Source: Alphaproteobacteria bacterium | GTDB lineage: Bacteria; Pseudomonadota; Alphaproteobacteria; MPNO01 | Length of the DNA: 64,000 nucleotides | Assembly (NCBI GenBank): GCA_965248835.1 | Contig: CBDFLJ010000002.1 | Coordinates: 576,001 to 640,000 of the forward strand | Direction: 5' to 3' | Shown: in pieces, positions 21,145 to 33,379 of the stretch | Position numbering within the stretch: position 1 is the stretch's first letter | How the letters are laid out: each line of letters begins with the position of its first letter | Notes under the pieces: model-generated | What the model saw: the letters and a program-made list of their open reading frames with translations, nothing else | Told to the model about the DNA's origin: nothing | Database searches by the model: none | Made by a program: the position numbers and the translations under genes

Positions 21145-22059
21145 ATGGAATATTTCCTGCAGCAGTTGATCAACGGGGTGACGCTGGGCGCCGTCTACGG
21201 GCTGATCGCGATCGGCTACACGATGGTCTACGGCATCATCGGGATGATCAATTTCGCCCATGGCGAGATCTATATGATCGGCGCCTTCATCGCGCTGATC
21301 ACCTTCCTGATTCTGGGGCCCGCGGGCGGCGGATTCCTGGTCCTGGCGCTGCTGATCGTCCTCCTGGTCTCGATGATGCTGACCGCGGTCTACGGATGGA
21401 CCCTGGAGCGGCTGGCCTACCGGCCGCTGCGCGGCTCGCCCCGTCTGGCCGCCCTGATCTCGGCGATCGGGATGTCGATCGCCTTGCAGAACTATGTCCA
21501 GCTGACCCAGGGCGCGCGCACCAAGGCGATCCCGCCGGTGATCCCCGGCGGTCTCGAGCTCGCCGCCAAGGACGGCTTCGTCGTCTCGCTGAGCTACATG
21601 CAGATCATCATCGTCGTGCTCACGCTCGCGCTGATGGCGGTGTTCTCGCTTGTCATCGCCCGTACCGCGCTCGGCCGCGCCCAACGCGCGTGCGAACAGG
21701 ACCGGACGATGGCAGCCCTGGTCGGCATCGATGTCGACCGGACGATCGCGGTCACCTTCATCATCGGCGCATCGCTGGCCGCCGTCGCGGGGACCATCGC
21801 CACGCTCTATTACGGCGTGATCGACTTCTTCATCGGCTTCCTGGCCGGGATCAAGGCCTTCACCGCGGCGGTGCTCGGCGGCATCGGCTCGATCCCCGGC
21901 GCGATGTTGGGCGGGCTGCTGATCGGGCTGATCGAGGCCTTCTGGTCGGGCTATTTCACCACCGAATACAAGGATGTCGCAGCGTTCTCGATCCTCGTGC
22001 TGGTGTTGATCTTCCGTCCCACCGGCCTGCTCGGCCGGCCCGAAGTCGAGAAGGTCTGA
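21145..22059 (+). CDS. livH: Branched-chain amino acid ABC permease LivH
   Basis: QQLINGVTLGAVYGLIAIGYTMVYGIIGMINFAHGE; KAFTAAVLGGIGS. Confidence 0.93.
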   Translation: MEYFLQQLINGVTLGAVYGLIAIGYTMVYGIIGMINFAHGEIYMIGAFIALITFLILGPAGGGFLVLALLIVLLVSMMLTAVYGWTLERLAYRPLRGSPRLAALISAIGMSIALQNYVQLTQGARTKAIPPVIPGGLELAAKDGFVVSLSYMQIIIVVLTLALMAVFSLVIARTALGRAQRACEQDRTMAALVGIDVDRTIAVTFIIGASLAAVAGTIATLYYGVIDFFIGFLAGIKAFTAAVLGGIGSIPGAMLGGLLIGLIEAFWSGYFTTEYKDVAAFSILVLVLIFRPTGLLGRPEVEKV

Positions 22060-22062
22060 AGC

Positions 22063-23471
<1,409 letters not shown>

Positions 23472-23475
<4 letters not shown>

Positions 23476-24266
23476 CCACGCCGCTGCTTGCGGTCGAGCA
23501 TATGACGATGCGCTTCGGTGGGCTGGTCGCCGTCGATGACGTCGGCTTCGAGGCGCGCTCGGGCCAGATCACCGCCCTGATCGGTCCCAACGGGGCAGGC
23601 AAGACCACCGTGTTCAACTGCCTGACCGGTTTCTACAAGCCGAGCGTCGGCCGCCTTGCGCTGGCCCGCGACGGCCGTGTCCATCTGCTCGAGCGGCTTG
23701 AAGACTTCCGCATCGCGCGCGAGGCCGGCGTCGCGCGCACCTTCCAGAACATCCGGGTGTTCCCCCACATGTCCGTGCTGGAGAACCTGATGGTCGCCCA
23801 GCACAACCGGCTCATGCGCGCCTCCGGGTTCACGCTTCTCGGGCTGTTCGGCATGCCCGGCTACCGCGCCGCCGAGGCGCAGGCGGTCGAGCGTGCGCGC
23901 TATTGGCTGGACAAGACCGGCCTGGCCGATCGGGCCGATACCGATGCCGGGAACCTGCCCTATGGCGATCAGCGCCGGCTGGAGATCGCGCGCGCGATGT
24001 GCACGCAACCGGTGCTGTTGTGCCTGGACGAGCCGGCGGCCGGACTCAACCCGCGCGAGACCGAGGCGCTCAACGATCTGCTGCGGACGATCCGCGGCGA
24101 GCATCGGATCGGGATCCTCCTGATCGAGCACGACATGTCGGTGGTGATGGGCATCTCCGATCACGTCGTGGTCCTCGATTATGGCCGCAAGATCGCGCAA
24201 GGCACCCCCGAGGCGGTGCGCAGCGACCCGGCGGTGATCCGCGCCTATCTTGGCGACGACGCGTGA
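23472..24266 (+). CDS. livG: Branched-chain amino acid ABC ATPase LivG
   Basis: [38 protein letters not shown]. Confidence 0.93.
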
Positions 24267-24270
24267 GCCG

Positions 24271-24985
<715 letters not shown>

Positions 24986-24993
<8 letters not shown>

Positions 24994-25324
24994 GTTCAAC
25001 TGGCCGGTCTTCATCGGTCTGACCGTGGTGATCATCGGCGGGGCGGGGTTTCTCACCGGCCATGCGCTGGCGCGCGGCTGGCGGCCGGCCTGGCAGGTCG
25101 TTCTCTATTCGGCGTTGCTGGGGCTGGCCGACCGGTTCCTGAACTACGCCCTGTTCGACGGCGTGCTGCTGTCGCTGTCGGGCTACCTGATCGGGACGGC
25201 GGTGATCTGCGGCCTCGGCCTGCTTGCTTATCGCCTCACCCGGGTCGGCACGATGGTCGCGCAATATCCCTGGCTCTACGAGCGTGCGGGCTTGTTCGCC
25301 TGGCGCGAGAAGGACGGCGGCTGA
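24986..25324 (+). CDS. Small membrane protein of liv operons (DUF6867-like)
   Basis: Three TM segments ending MVAQYPWLYERAGLFAW; overlaps livF stop. Confidence 0.75.
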
Positions 25325-25383
25325 GTTGAAGCACCGTCCGGGCTTGGCTACACCTTGAGGCGCATAACAGACGGGAGGCGGGG

Positions 25384-26340
25384 ATGACCACGCTGATCAC
25401 AGGCGCCGGCCTGGTCGGGACGAGCTATGCCCTATGCGCGTCGGCGCGCGGCGAGAAAGTCGTCTTCCTCGACCCGCTGCCGCGCGAGGACTACCTGAAG
25501 ACCAGGCTGGGCGACGCGGACTACGCCATCGAGCGCGAGGACGTGCGCCATCTGGCCGGTCTCGTCGATGCGATCCGCAGGCATGAGGCCGACACCGTGC
25601 TCCACACCGCAGGCCTGATCGGGCGCAAGGTCGAGGAGCCGCTGCACAACGGCATCGACCTCAACATCAACGGCGCGATCGCGGTCTGCGAGGCCGCCCG
25701 CCTGACCGGCGTTCGCCGGCTCATGTCGATCTCGACCTTCGGTGCCTATGACTGGCGCAAGGACGCGCCGGGCGGGATCATCAAGGAGGACTTCGCCCGC
25801 GGCAGCGGCCTGCCCTATTCCAACACCAAGGCCGCCCAGGAGCTGATCATGGAGGCCTATCAGTATCAGTACGGCTTCGATGTCGCGATCGTCAGGCCCG
25901 CCAACGTCTTCGGCGTCGGTCATTTCTGGGGCGGCTCCGGCGGCGGCGAGAAGTGCCATGCCCTGGTCGAGGCCGGCATCCGCGGCACGCCGGCGAAGAT
26001 CCCCGAGGAACAGACGATGTCCTTCGAATACATCTATTCCAAGGATATCGGCCGCGCGCTCGATCTGTGCGCGACCCGCGATCTGCCGAAATATTCGGTC
26101 TTCAATATCGGTATCGGCGCGGTCACCACCTTCGAGGCGCTGGTCGCCGCGGTCCGCGCCACCCTGCCCAACCTCGAAATCGACATCGTGCCCGGCCGCG
26201 CGCCGGTCTCGCGCACCGATCACATGGACATCGGCCACGCGCGCGACGTGCTCGGCTGGCAGCCCGAATACACGCTGGAGTCCGGCTTTGCCGCCTATGT
26301 CGAGGAGATGCGCGCGGTGATGGGCGCGAACGCACCGTAA
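25384..26340 (+). CDS. NAD-dependent epimerase/dehydratase (extended SDR)
   Basis: LITGAGLVG, YSNTK (YxxxK), RPANVFG. Confidence 0.87.
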   Translation: MTTLITGAGLVGTSYALCASARGEKVVFLDPLPREDYLKTRLGDADYAIEREDVRHLAGLVDAIRRHEADTVLHTAGLIGRKVEEPLHNGIDLNINGAIAVCEAARLTGVRRLMSISTFGAYDWRKDAPGGIIKEDFARGSGLPYSNTKAAQELIMEAYQYQYGFDVAIVRPANVFGVGHFWGGSGGGEKCHALVEAGIRGTPAKIPEEQTMSFEYIYSKDIGRALDLCATRDLPKYSVFNIGIGAVTTFEALVAAVRATLPNLEIDIVPGRAPVSRTDHMDIGHARDVLGWQPEYTLESGFAAYVEEMRAVMGANAP

Positions 26341-26397
26341 GGGCGGCGATCCACCCGCCGCCGCGCTTCACGATCTGGAGCTTGTCCGGAACACCCT

Positions 26398-27384
26398 TTA
26401 GCCGGGTGGCTCGTAGCGCACGACCTTCTGGTCGATGACGCCGAAGACCGCGTTTCCGACGGCATCGCGCATCTCGATCCGCACCCGGTCGCCGAAGCGC
26501 ATGAAGGGAGTCTCCGGGGCGCCGCGCTCGATGGTCTCCACGGTGCGAACCTCGGCCAGGCAGGCCGAGCCGACCGCGCGCTCGTGGTTGGAGATCGTGC
26601 CCGAGCCCAGGATCGTGCCGGCCGCGAGCGTGCGGCTCTTGGCGGCATGAGCGATCAGCCGGGGCATGTCGAAATACATGTCGGTGCCGGCATTGGGGTG
26701 GCCGATCGCAACCCCGTTGAGCGAGACCCGCATGTCGAGGGTCATCTTGGTGCCGTCCCAGGCCGCGCTCAGGGCATCGGGCGTGACGAACACCGGCGAG
26801 AACGCCGTCGTCGGCTTGCCCTGGAGAAAGCCGAACCCCTTGGCCAGCTCGTTCGGAATCAGGTTCCGCAGGCTGACGTCGTTGCACAGCCCGATCAGCT
26901 TGATATGCGCTGCCGCGTCCTGGGCGCCGATGCCCATCGGCACGTCGTCGAGGATGGCCACGACCTCCGCCTCCATGTCGATGCCCCAGGCCTCGTCCGC
27001 CAATGCGATGTCATCGCACGGCCCGATCAGGCTGTCCGAGGCGCCCTGATACATCAGCGGATCGTCATAGAGCTGCTCCGGCATCTCCGCCCCGCGCGCC
27101 TTGCGCACCAGCTCGACGTGGCTGAGATAGGCGCTCGCGTCGACCCACTGGTAGGCGCGCGGCAGGATCGCGGCGCAGTCCTCGGGCCGGAACGCGAACG
27201 TCGCCGCATCGCCGCGGTTGACCGCGGCGGCGAGGCTTTCCAGCAACGGTGCCGCGCTCGCCCATTCATCGATCGCCGCCTGCATGGTCTTCGCGATCGA
27301 AGCAGCCTCGGCCGCCCGCGTCAGCCCGTCATCGACGACCACCAGCCGCCCGTCGCGCCCGCCCTTCAGCGTTGCGAGTTTCAT
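26398..27384 (-). CDS. Fumarylacetoacetate hydrolase family protein
   Basis: MKLATLK..RDGRLVVV, LPRAYQW, DMEAE, NDVSLRN, GTILGSGTISN. Confidence 0.9.
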   Translation of the reverse strand: MKLATLKGGRDGRLVVVDDGLTRAAEAASIAKTMQAAIDEWASAAPLLESLAAAVNRGDAATFAFRPEDCAAILPRAYQWVDASAYLSHVELVRKARGAEMPEQLYDDPLMYQGASDSLIGPCDDIALADEAWGIDMEAEVVAILDDVPMGIGAQDAAAHIKLIGLCNDVSLRNLIPNELAKGFGFLQGKPTTAFSPVFVTPDALSAAWDGTKMTLDMRVSLNGVAIGHPNAGTDMYFDMPRLIAHAAKSRTLAAGTILGSGTISNHERAVGSACLAEVRTVETIERGAPETPFMRFGDRVRIEMRDAVGNAVFGVIDQKVVRYEPPG

Positions 27385-27516
27385 CAACCGACCCTCGAAA
27401 TTCCGGGAGAACAGGAAACGTGCTAGTCATAAACAGCGTCGCGATGTCGTTCAACGCGCGCGATGCGGCCTACCGGCCCGCCGCAATGTCCGGTCCGGCA
27501 ACGGAGGATCGATCCG

Positions 27517-28308
27517 ATGGCGCTTCACCGCGACTCCCGTGCCGTGGAAGCCCGGCTGCGTGTCGAAATCGCCTCCATGACCCGTATCCTGGTGGCCGAG
27601 GGCATCATGGACTATAGCGGCCATGTCAGCGCCCGCCTGCCCGACGGCGATTTTTTCCTGATCCAGCCCATGGCCACGCCGCGCGGCGAGCTGCGCCCCG
27701 AAGACGCGCTCGAGGCCGGGCTCGACGGCCGTCCGCGGCGGGTGGGCCAGGGTCCGGCGCCCCCGGCGGAGATCTTCATACACGCCGAGATCTACCGCGC
27801 CCGCCCGGAGCTGCGGGCGATCCTGCATTGCCACCCCGAGAGCGCGATCCTGTTCACCCTGGCCGAGGGCGCCCGTCTGGTGCCGGTCCGCAACCACGCC
27901 TCGCGGTGGGCGGCCGGCATACCGGTCCATCCCGACCCCGGCCATATCGACACCGCCGCGCGCGGCGCGGCGCTGGCACGCAGCCTGGGAGATTGCTTTG
28001 CGTTGCTGATCCGCGCCCACGGCGTCGTGCTGGCCGCCGAATCGGTCCCGGCACTGCTGTCCGATGCGGTCCATTTCGAGGAGAACGCCCGTGCCCAGCT
28101 CGCAGCCAGCCAACTCGGCCCGGTCGATCCGCTGAGCGCCCAGGACATGGCCGGGTTCCTCGACCGGTTCGACCGCACCGCCCACGCCGCGAAGCTGTGG
28201 GCCTACTACACCGGAAAGGCACGTGCGGCCGGCAAGCTGCCGGAGGCTTGGGCAGCCGAGATGGGCGAGGGACTGGCCGGCAGCGAAGTCGGTATCGAAG
28301 GCGATTGA
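27517..28308 (+). CDS. Class II aldolase/adducin family protein
   Basis: SGHVSARL, E.FIHAEIYRARP, ILHCH, IRAHG metal ligands. Confidence 0.87.
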   Translation: MALHRDSRAVEARLRVEIASMTRILVAEGIMDYSGHVSARLPDGDFFLIQPMATPRGELRPEDALEAGLDGRPRRVGQGPAPPAEIFIHAEIYRARPELRAILHCHPESAILFTLAEGARLVPVRNHASRWAAGIPVHPDPGHIDTAARGAALARSLGDCFALLIRAHGVVLAAESVPALLSDAVHFEENARAQLAASQLGPVDPLSAQDMAGFLDRFDRTAHAAKLWAYYTGKARAAGKLPEAWAAEMGEGLAGSEVGIEGD

Positions 28309-28362
28309 TGCCGGACAAGGTCGTGTCCTAGGCTGACACCAGGATCATGGGGAGACCGCACC

Positions 28363-29475
28363 ATGACGCGCAAAGCCACCCGAATGTACAACGCGAACCG
28401 GTTCAAGCTCGGCCTGTTCGCACCGAACTGCTCGAACGGGCTTGCGATCACCACCGTGCCCGAGCGCTGGGACGCATCCTGGGACAACAATGTCGCGCTT
28501 GCCTGCCAGGCCGAGGCGGCGGGGCTGGAGTTCATCCTGCCGATCGCCCGCTGGCACGGCTACGACGGCGATGAGGTGTCCACCCAGGGCGAGACCCTGG
28601 AGACCATCGCCTGGGCCATCGGCCTGCTCGCCCGGACTCAGGAGATCTGCTTCTTCGGCACCGTCCATGCGCCGTTAATCAACCCGGTCTTCGCGGCCAA
28701 GCAGATCGCGACCGCCGATCATGTCGGTCAAGGCCGGTTCGGCCTCAACGTCGTCTCCGGCTGGAACCAGACCGAGTTCAACATGTTCGGCGTGGGCTTG
28801 CGCGCGCACGACGACCGCTACGCGTACGCCGAGGAATGGCTCGGCATCGTCAAGCGTATCTGGACCGAGGATGCCCCGTTCGATCATGACGGTGCGTTCA
28901 TGACGCTGAAAGGCGTTATCGGCTCACCCAAGCCGTGCTTCGGCGAGACCCCGATGCTGATGAGCGCCGGCTCGTCCCAGGCAGGCCGCGCGTTCGCCGC
29001 GCGCAGCGCCGATTGCCTGTTCATGCTGATCGTCGATGAGGACAAGCTGGAGCCGGAGATCGCCGCGACGCGCGCGCTTGCGGCCGGGCGCCACATCGGG
29101 GTCTACGCATCAGGCCATGTCGTCACCCGGGCGACCCAGAAGGAGGCGGAGGACTACTACGTCTACTACGCCGAGGAGAAGGCCGATGCGGCCGGGGTCG
29201 ACTACCTGATGGAAGGCCGCAAGAACACCCAGTCGCTGCCGGCCGAGCTGATGCCGAAGATGCGCCGCCGGATGGCGAGCGGGCTCGGCACCTATCCGAT
29301 CGTCGGTTCGCCCGACCATGTCGCGCAGACCTTCGCGAAGCTCAACCGCGCCGGGCTCGACGGGATGGCCTTCGGGCTGGTGAACTTCATCGACGAGCTG
29401 CCGTTCTTCGCCGCCGAGGTGCTGCCGCGGATGGAGTGGCTGGGCCTGCGGGAGACGCGTCTCGCTGCTGCCTGA
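28363..29475 (+). CDS. LLM-class flavin-dependent monooxygenase (SfnG/RutA-like)
   Basis: FKLGLFAPNCS.G, LPIARW.G, GRFGLNVVSGWN..EF, AGSS.AG. Confidence 0.9.
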   Translation: MTRKATRMYNANRFKLGLFAPNCSNGLAITTVPERWDASWDNNVALACQAEAAGLEFILPIARWHGYDGDEVSTQGETLETIAWAIGLLARTQEICFFGTVHAPLINPVFAAKQIATADHVGQGRFGLNVVSGWNQTEFNMFGVGLRAHDDRYAYAEEWLGIVKRIWTEDAPFDHDGAFMTLKGVIGSPKPCFGETPMLMSAGSSQAGRAFAARSADCLFMLIVDEDKLEPEIAATRALAAGRHIGVYASGHVVTRATQKEAEDYYVYYAEEKADAAGVDYLMEGRKNTQSLPAELMPKMRRRMASGLGTYPIVGSPDHVAQTFAKLNRAGLDGMAFGLVNFIDELPFFAAEVLPRMEWLGLRETRLAAA

Positions 29476-29649
29476 GCGCCGCGCTTGCCGAGCCTGCCCC
29501 GCGCCGGGCGAAACAGCCCGGCCGGCGCGGCTCCATCGCCCTGTCCATTCGCGTTTCGCGATCCCTGTGATGCCGACAATGTATTGGTATTCGTCCGCCG
29601 CAGCCGGTAGTTTCCCCACCGTCCGGGAAGCACAGGCAGGAGAGGCACG

Positions 29650-31161
29650 ATGGCCGACGACATGGGCAATGTGATCGGCAAGGTCGCCGGAGACGGCGCG
29701 GCGCCGCGGATGGAGAACGAGCTCCGCATCCCCTATACCGACTTGCGCGAATGGCTCGAGGAGGCCGAGAAGCTGGGCGAGGTCAAGCACGTCCAGGGCG
29801 CGAGCTGGGAGCGCGACATCGGCATGGCCGCCGAGGTCGTCCTGCACGACGACAAGGCGCCCTGCGTGGTCTTCGAGGATGTGCCCGGCACGATCGAGGG
29901 CAGCCGTGTGCTGACCAACTTCTTTTCGTCCAAGCGTATGGGCTTGACGCTGGGCTTCCCCTCCGAGCTGTCCAAGATCGAGCTGACGGACGCTTTCCGG
30001 GCCAACTACATGGAGGATCTCAAGGAGATCCCCCACGTGTTCGTGGAGTCCGGGCCGGTCTGCGAGAACATCATGGAAGGCGATGACATCGACGTCGAAG
30101 TCTTCCCGACGCCCAAGTGGCACGACCAGGACGGCGGCCGCTATATCGGCACCGGCAGCTACAACGTGACCCGCGATCCTGACTCCGGCTGGATCAACAT
30201 CGGCACCTACCGGGTGATGATCCAGTCCAAGACCTCGGTCGGCTTCTACATCTCGCCCGGCAAGCACGGCCGCATCCACCGCGACAAATACCAGCAGCGC
30301 AAGGAGCCGATGCCGGCCGTCATCGTCTGCGGCGGCGACCCGATGACCTTCCTGATGGGCTGCTCCGAGGTGCCTCCCGGCGTGTGCGAGTTCGATGTCG
30401 TCGGCGGCTTTCGCGGCGAGGCGATGAAAATGATCAAGGGCAGGCACACCGGCCTGCCGTTCCCGGCCAATGCCGAGCTGGTGCTGGAGGGCTTCATCGA
30501 GCCCGACAACATGAAGGAGGAGGGTCCGTTCGGCGAGTGGACCGGTTATTACGGCTCCAAGATGCGCCGCGAGCCGGTGATGGACATCAAGGCGATTTAT
30601 TACCGCAACAACCCGATCCTCCTGGGCTGCCCGCCCCAGCGGCCGCCGGACGAGCTTGCCCGCTACCGCGCGGTCACCCGTTCGGCGCTGCTCAAGGAGA
30701 ACATAGCCAAGGCCGGTGTCCCCGACGTGACCGCGGCGTGGCTGCACGAGGTGGGCACCGCGCGCATGCTGGTCGCAGTCTCGATCAAGCAGCGCTATCC
30801 GGGCCACGCCAAGCAGGCCGGCCACATCGCCTGCCAGTGCCATGTCGGGGCCTATGCCGGCAAGTACGTCATCGTCACCGACGAGGATATCGATGTCTCC
30901 AACCTCGAGGAGCTGATCTGGGCGATGCTGACCCGGTCGGACCCCGCGACCTCGATCGACATCATCACCAACGCCTGGTCGACCCATCTCGACCCGCGCA
31001 TCCCGCCGTGGGAGAAGGAGAAGGGCAATCTGACCAACAGCCGGGCGATCATCGATGCCTGCCGGCCGTTTCACTGGAAGGACGAGTTCCCGCCGGTCAA
31101 CGCGCCGCCGCCGGCGATGGCGCGCGAGGCCCGCGAGAAGTGGGGCTGGCTCTGCGACTGA
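29650..31161 (+). CDS. UbiD-family prFMN-dependent (de)carboxylase, copy 1
   Basis: DLREWL, DGGRYIGT, NIGTYR, EGPFGEWTGYY, DEDID, WAMLTRSDP. Confidence 0.92.
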   Translation: MADDMGNVIGKVAGDGAAPRMENELRIPYTDLREWLEEAEKLGEVKHVQGASWERDIGMAAEVVLHDDKAPCVVFEDVPGTIEGSRVLTNFFSSKRMGLTLGFPSELSKIELTDAFRANYMEDLKEIPHVFVESGPVCENIMEGDDIDVEVFPTPKWHDQDGGRYIGTGSYNVTRDPDSGWINIGTYRVMIQSKTSVGFYISPGKHGRIHRDKYQQRKEPMPAVIVCGGDPMTFLMGCSEVPPGVCEFDVVGGFRGEAMKMIKGRHTGLPFPANAELVLEGFIEPDNMKEEGPFGEWTGYYGSKMRREPVMDIKAIYYRNNPILLGCPPQRPPDELARYRAVTRSALLKENIAKAGVPDVTAAWLHEVGTARMLVAVSIKQRYPGHAKQAGHIACQCHVGAYAGKYVIVTDEDIDVSNLEELIWAMLTRSDPATSIDIITNAWSTHLDPRIPPWEKEKGNLTNSRAIIDACRPFHWKDEFPPVNAPPPAMAREAREKWGWLCD

Positions 31162-31207
31162 GGGCCGGCGGTTCCGATTCCGTATCGGCGTAAGCGTCAG
31201 TACTCTG

Positions 31208-31240
31208 AACCGCCGCGGTGGCAACGCCGCGGCGGTTTTT
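31208..31240 (+). terminator. Intrinsic terminator-like hairpin between the two ubiD genes
   Basis: AACCGCCGCGG-TGGCAACG-CCGCGGCGGTT followed by TTT; 11-bp stem capped by a GCAA loop. Confidence 0.65.
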
Positions 31241-31256
31241 GCGAGAGGCCGGATCA

Positions 31257-32708
31257 ATGCAGCCCAACGATGCGATCCAGACCGATCTGAGGGCCTTCCT
31301 GGCCGCGGTCGAAGACGGCGGCGAGTTGAAATCCGTCACCGGTGCCCATTGGAACCGTGAAATCGGTGCGGTGACCGAGGTGCTCTACCGCGAGAAGGTC
31401 GACAAGTCTCCGCTGCTCCTGTTCGACGACGTGCCCGGGTACCCCAGCGGCATGCGCTGCCTGTACGGCATGCTGGGCTCGCCGCTGCGGCTTGCGCTCG
31501 GGCTCGGGCTCGGGCTCGATGCGGCCCGATCGGACGACCGGCGGGCGATGCTCGATGCCTATCGGGCGCGCATCAAGCAGCACGACCCGATCCCGCCGCG
31601 CGTGGTCGACACCGGCCCGGTGATGGAAAACATCGACCGCGACGGCGCGGTCGACCTGCTGAAATTCCCGGTGCCGATCCATCACGAGCAGGACGGCGGG
31701 CGCTATATCGGCACCGCCTGCGGCGTGGTCACCCGCGATCCGGACAGCGGGCGCATCAATGTCGGCACCTACCGGGTCCAGGTGAACGGCCCCAACATCG
31801 CGACCTCCTACATCTCCAACGGCAAGCAGGGCCGCATCCAGCGCGACAAGTACCTGGCCGCCGGCAAGCCGTGCCCAATGGCGATCATCGTCGGCATCGA
31901 CCCCGCAACCTATATCGCGGCCCGCTACACGCTGTCCGATCAGATCCCGGAGCTCGACTGGGCCGGCGGGCTGACCGGCCGGCCGATCGAGGTCGTCGAA
32001 GGCGAGGTCACCGGCCTGCCGTTTCCCGCGCACGCCGAAATCGTGCTGGAGGGGTTCGTCTCGCCGGACGAGACCGCGCTGGAGGGTCCGTTCGGCGAGT
32101 GGACCGGCTACTACGCCGGAGACGCCAAGGAAGAGCCGGTGATCCGTATCGAGCGGGTCTATCACCGCACCGATCCGATCCTGACCTGCGCGGCCAGCCA
32201 GAAGCCGCCGCATTCCCACCTCTTCGAGCGCTGTTTCATCCGCTCCGCCGGCCTGCTCGACTCCCTGGAGGGCGCGGGCATTCCCGACGTCAAGGGCGTC
32301 TGGGTCCACCAGGGCGGCGCCGGCCGGACCTTCGTCGTGGTGGCGATCAAGCAGCGCTATTTCGGCCACGCCAACCAGGTCGGCCTGGTCGCCTCCCAGG
32401 TCAACCCCACCGGCTATGTCGGGCGCTATGTCGTCGTGGTCGACGACGACATCGACCCGACCGACATCCACGACGTTATCTGGGCCATGGGCACGAGATC
32501 GGACCCCAAGACCGACTTCACCGTCCTCGACCGTAACTGGTCGTCCCGCCTCGACACCATGGTCACCGACGACAGGCTCTACAACTCCCGCGTCGTCATA
32601 GACGCCTGCATCCCTTACGAGCGGCTTGAAACCTTTCCGGCGGTCGCCCAGACATCGCCGGAACTCGCGGCCGAGATGCGGCGGAAGTTTCCCGACGCCT
32701 TCGATTGA
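31257..32708 (+). CDS. UbiD-family prFMN-dependent (de)carboxylase, copy 2
   Basis: DLRAFL, DGGRYIGT, NVGTYR, EGPFGEWTGYY, VDDDIDP, WAMGTRSDP. Confidence 0.92.
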   Translation: MQPNDAIQTDLRAFLAAVEDGGELKSVTGAHWNREIGAVTEVLYREKVDKSPLLLFDDVPGYPSGMRCLYGMLGSPLRLALGLGLGLDAARSDDRRAMLDAYRARIKQHDPIPPRVVDTGPVMENIDRDGAVDLLKFPVPIHHEQDGGRYIGTACGVVTRDPDSGRINVGTYRVQVNGPNIATSYISNGKQGRIQRDKYLAAGKPCPMAIIVGIDPATYIAARYTLSDQIPELDWAGGLTGRPIEVVEGEVTGLPFPAHAEIVLEGFVSPDETALEGPFGEWTGYYAGDAKEEPVIRIERVYHRTDPILTCAASQKPPHSHLFERCFIRSAGLLDSLEGAGIPDVKGVWVHQGGAGRTFVVVAIKQRYFGHANQVGLVASQVNPTGYVGRYVVVVDDDIDPTDIHDVIWAMGTRSDPKTDFTVLDRNWSSRLDTMVTDDRLYNSRVVIDACIPYERLETFPAVAQTSPELAAEMRRKFPDAFD

Positions 32709-32821
32709 TCCCCGGCCCCGCGACCGCGGGAACCACCGTTCCGAATTCGGGTTGAGCTTGTATGATGTCGCGGCGTTTGCGGCCGCGCGAGCACGGCTGC
32801 GGACATACGATGGGGCTGAGG

Positions 32822-33361
32822 ATGACGAATGGACCGCTGCCCGGGCTTCAGCACGTCGATCATGTCGCCTTGACGGTCCCCGACTTCGACGCCGGGGTGC
32901 GGTTCTATTGCGAGGTGATCGGCGGCACCGAGCTCTACCGTATCGGCCCGTTCGATGCGGCGGAGCTGCCGGCCGCCGCGGACGGCCGCGACTGGACCGA
33001 GGCTCATGTCAACGTCAAGGGCGCGCGGCTTAACATCGCCATGCTGTCGATCGGCCCCAACCTGATGCTGGAGCTGCTCCAGTACGACCGGCCCGGGGAT
33101 GCGCGCAAGGCGCCGCCGCGCAACTGCGATTACGGCGGCCACCATATCGCCTTCAAGGTCGAAGACCTGGCTGCCGCGGTTGCCCATCTCGCGGCCAGCG
33201 GATGCACGGTCATGGCCGGTCCGGTGGTGCTCGACGAAGGCCCGAGCGCGGGGCTCAGGTTCAATTACGTGCTCGATCCCTGGGGCAACCAGCTCGAGCT
33301 CGTCGAATACACCACCCAGGCCTTCATGGCCGATTGCACCGCGCCGCTCTACGGCGGCTAG
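32822..33361 (+). CDS. VOC (glyoxalase/bleomycin resistance/dioxygenase) family protein
   Basis: VDHVALTVPD, LELLQY, GHHIAFKVED, DPWGNQLELVE. Confidence 0.9.
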   Translation: MTNGPLPGLQHVDHVALTVPDFDAGVRFYCEVIGGTELYRIGPFDAAELPAAADGRDWTEAHVNVKGARLNIAMLSIGPNLMLELLQYDRPGDARKAPPRNCDYGGHHIAFKVEDLAAAVAHLAASGCTVMAGPVVLDEGPSAGLRFNYVLDPWGNQLELVEYTTQAFMADCTAPLYGG

Positions 33362-33379
33362 CGGTCCGGGGGCAAGGCG

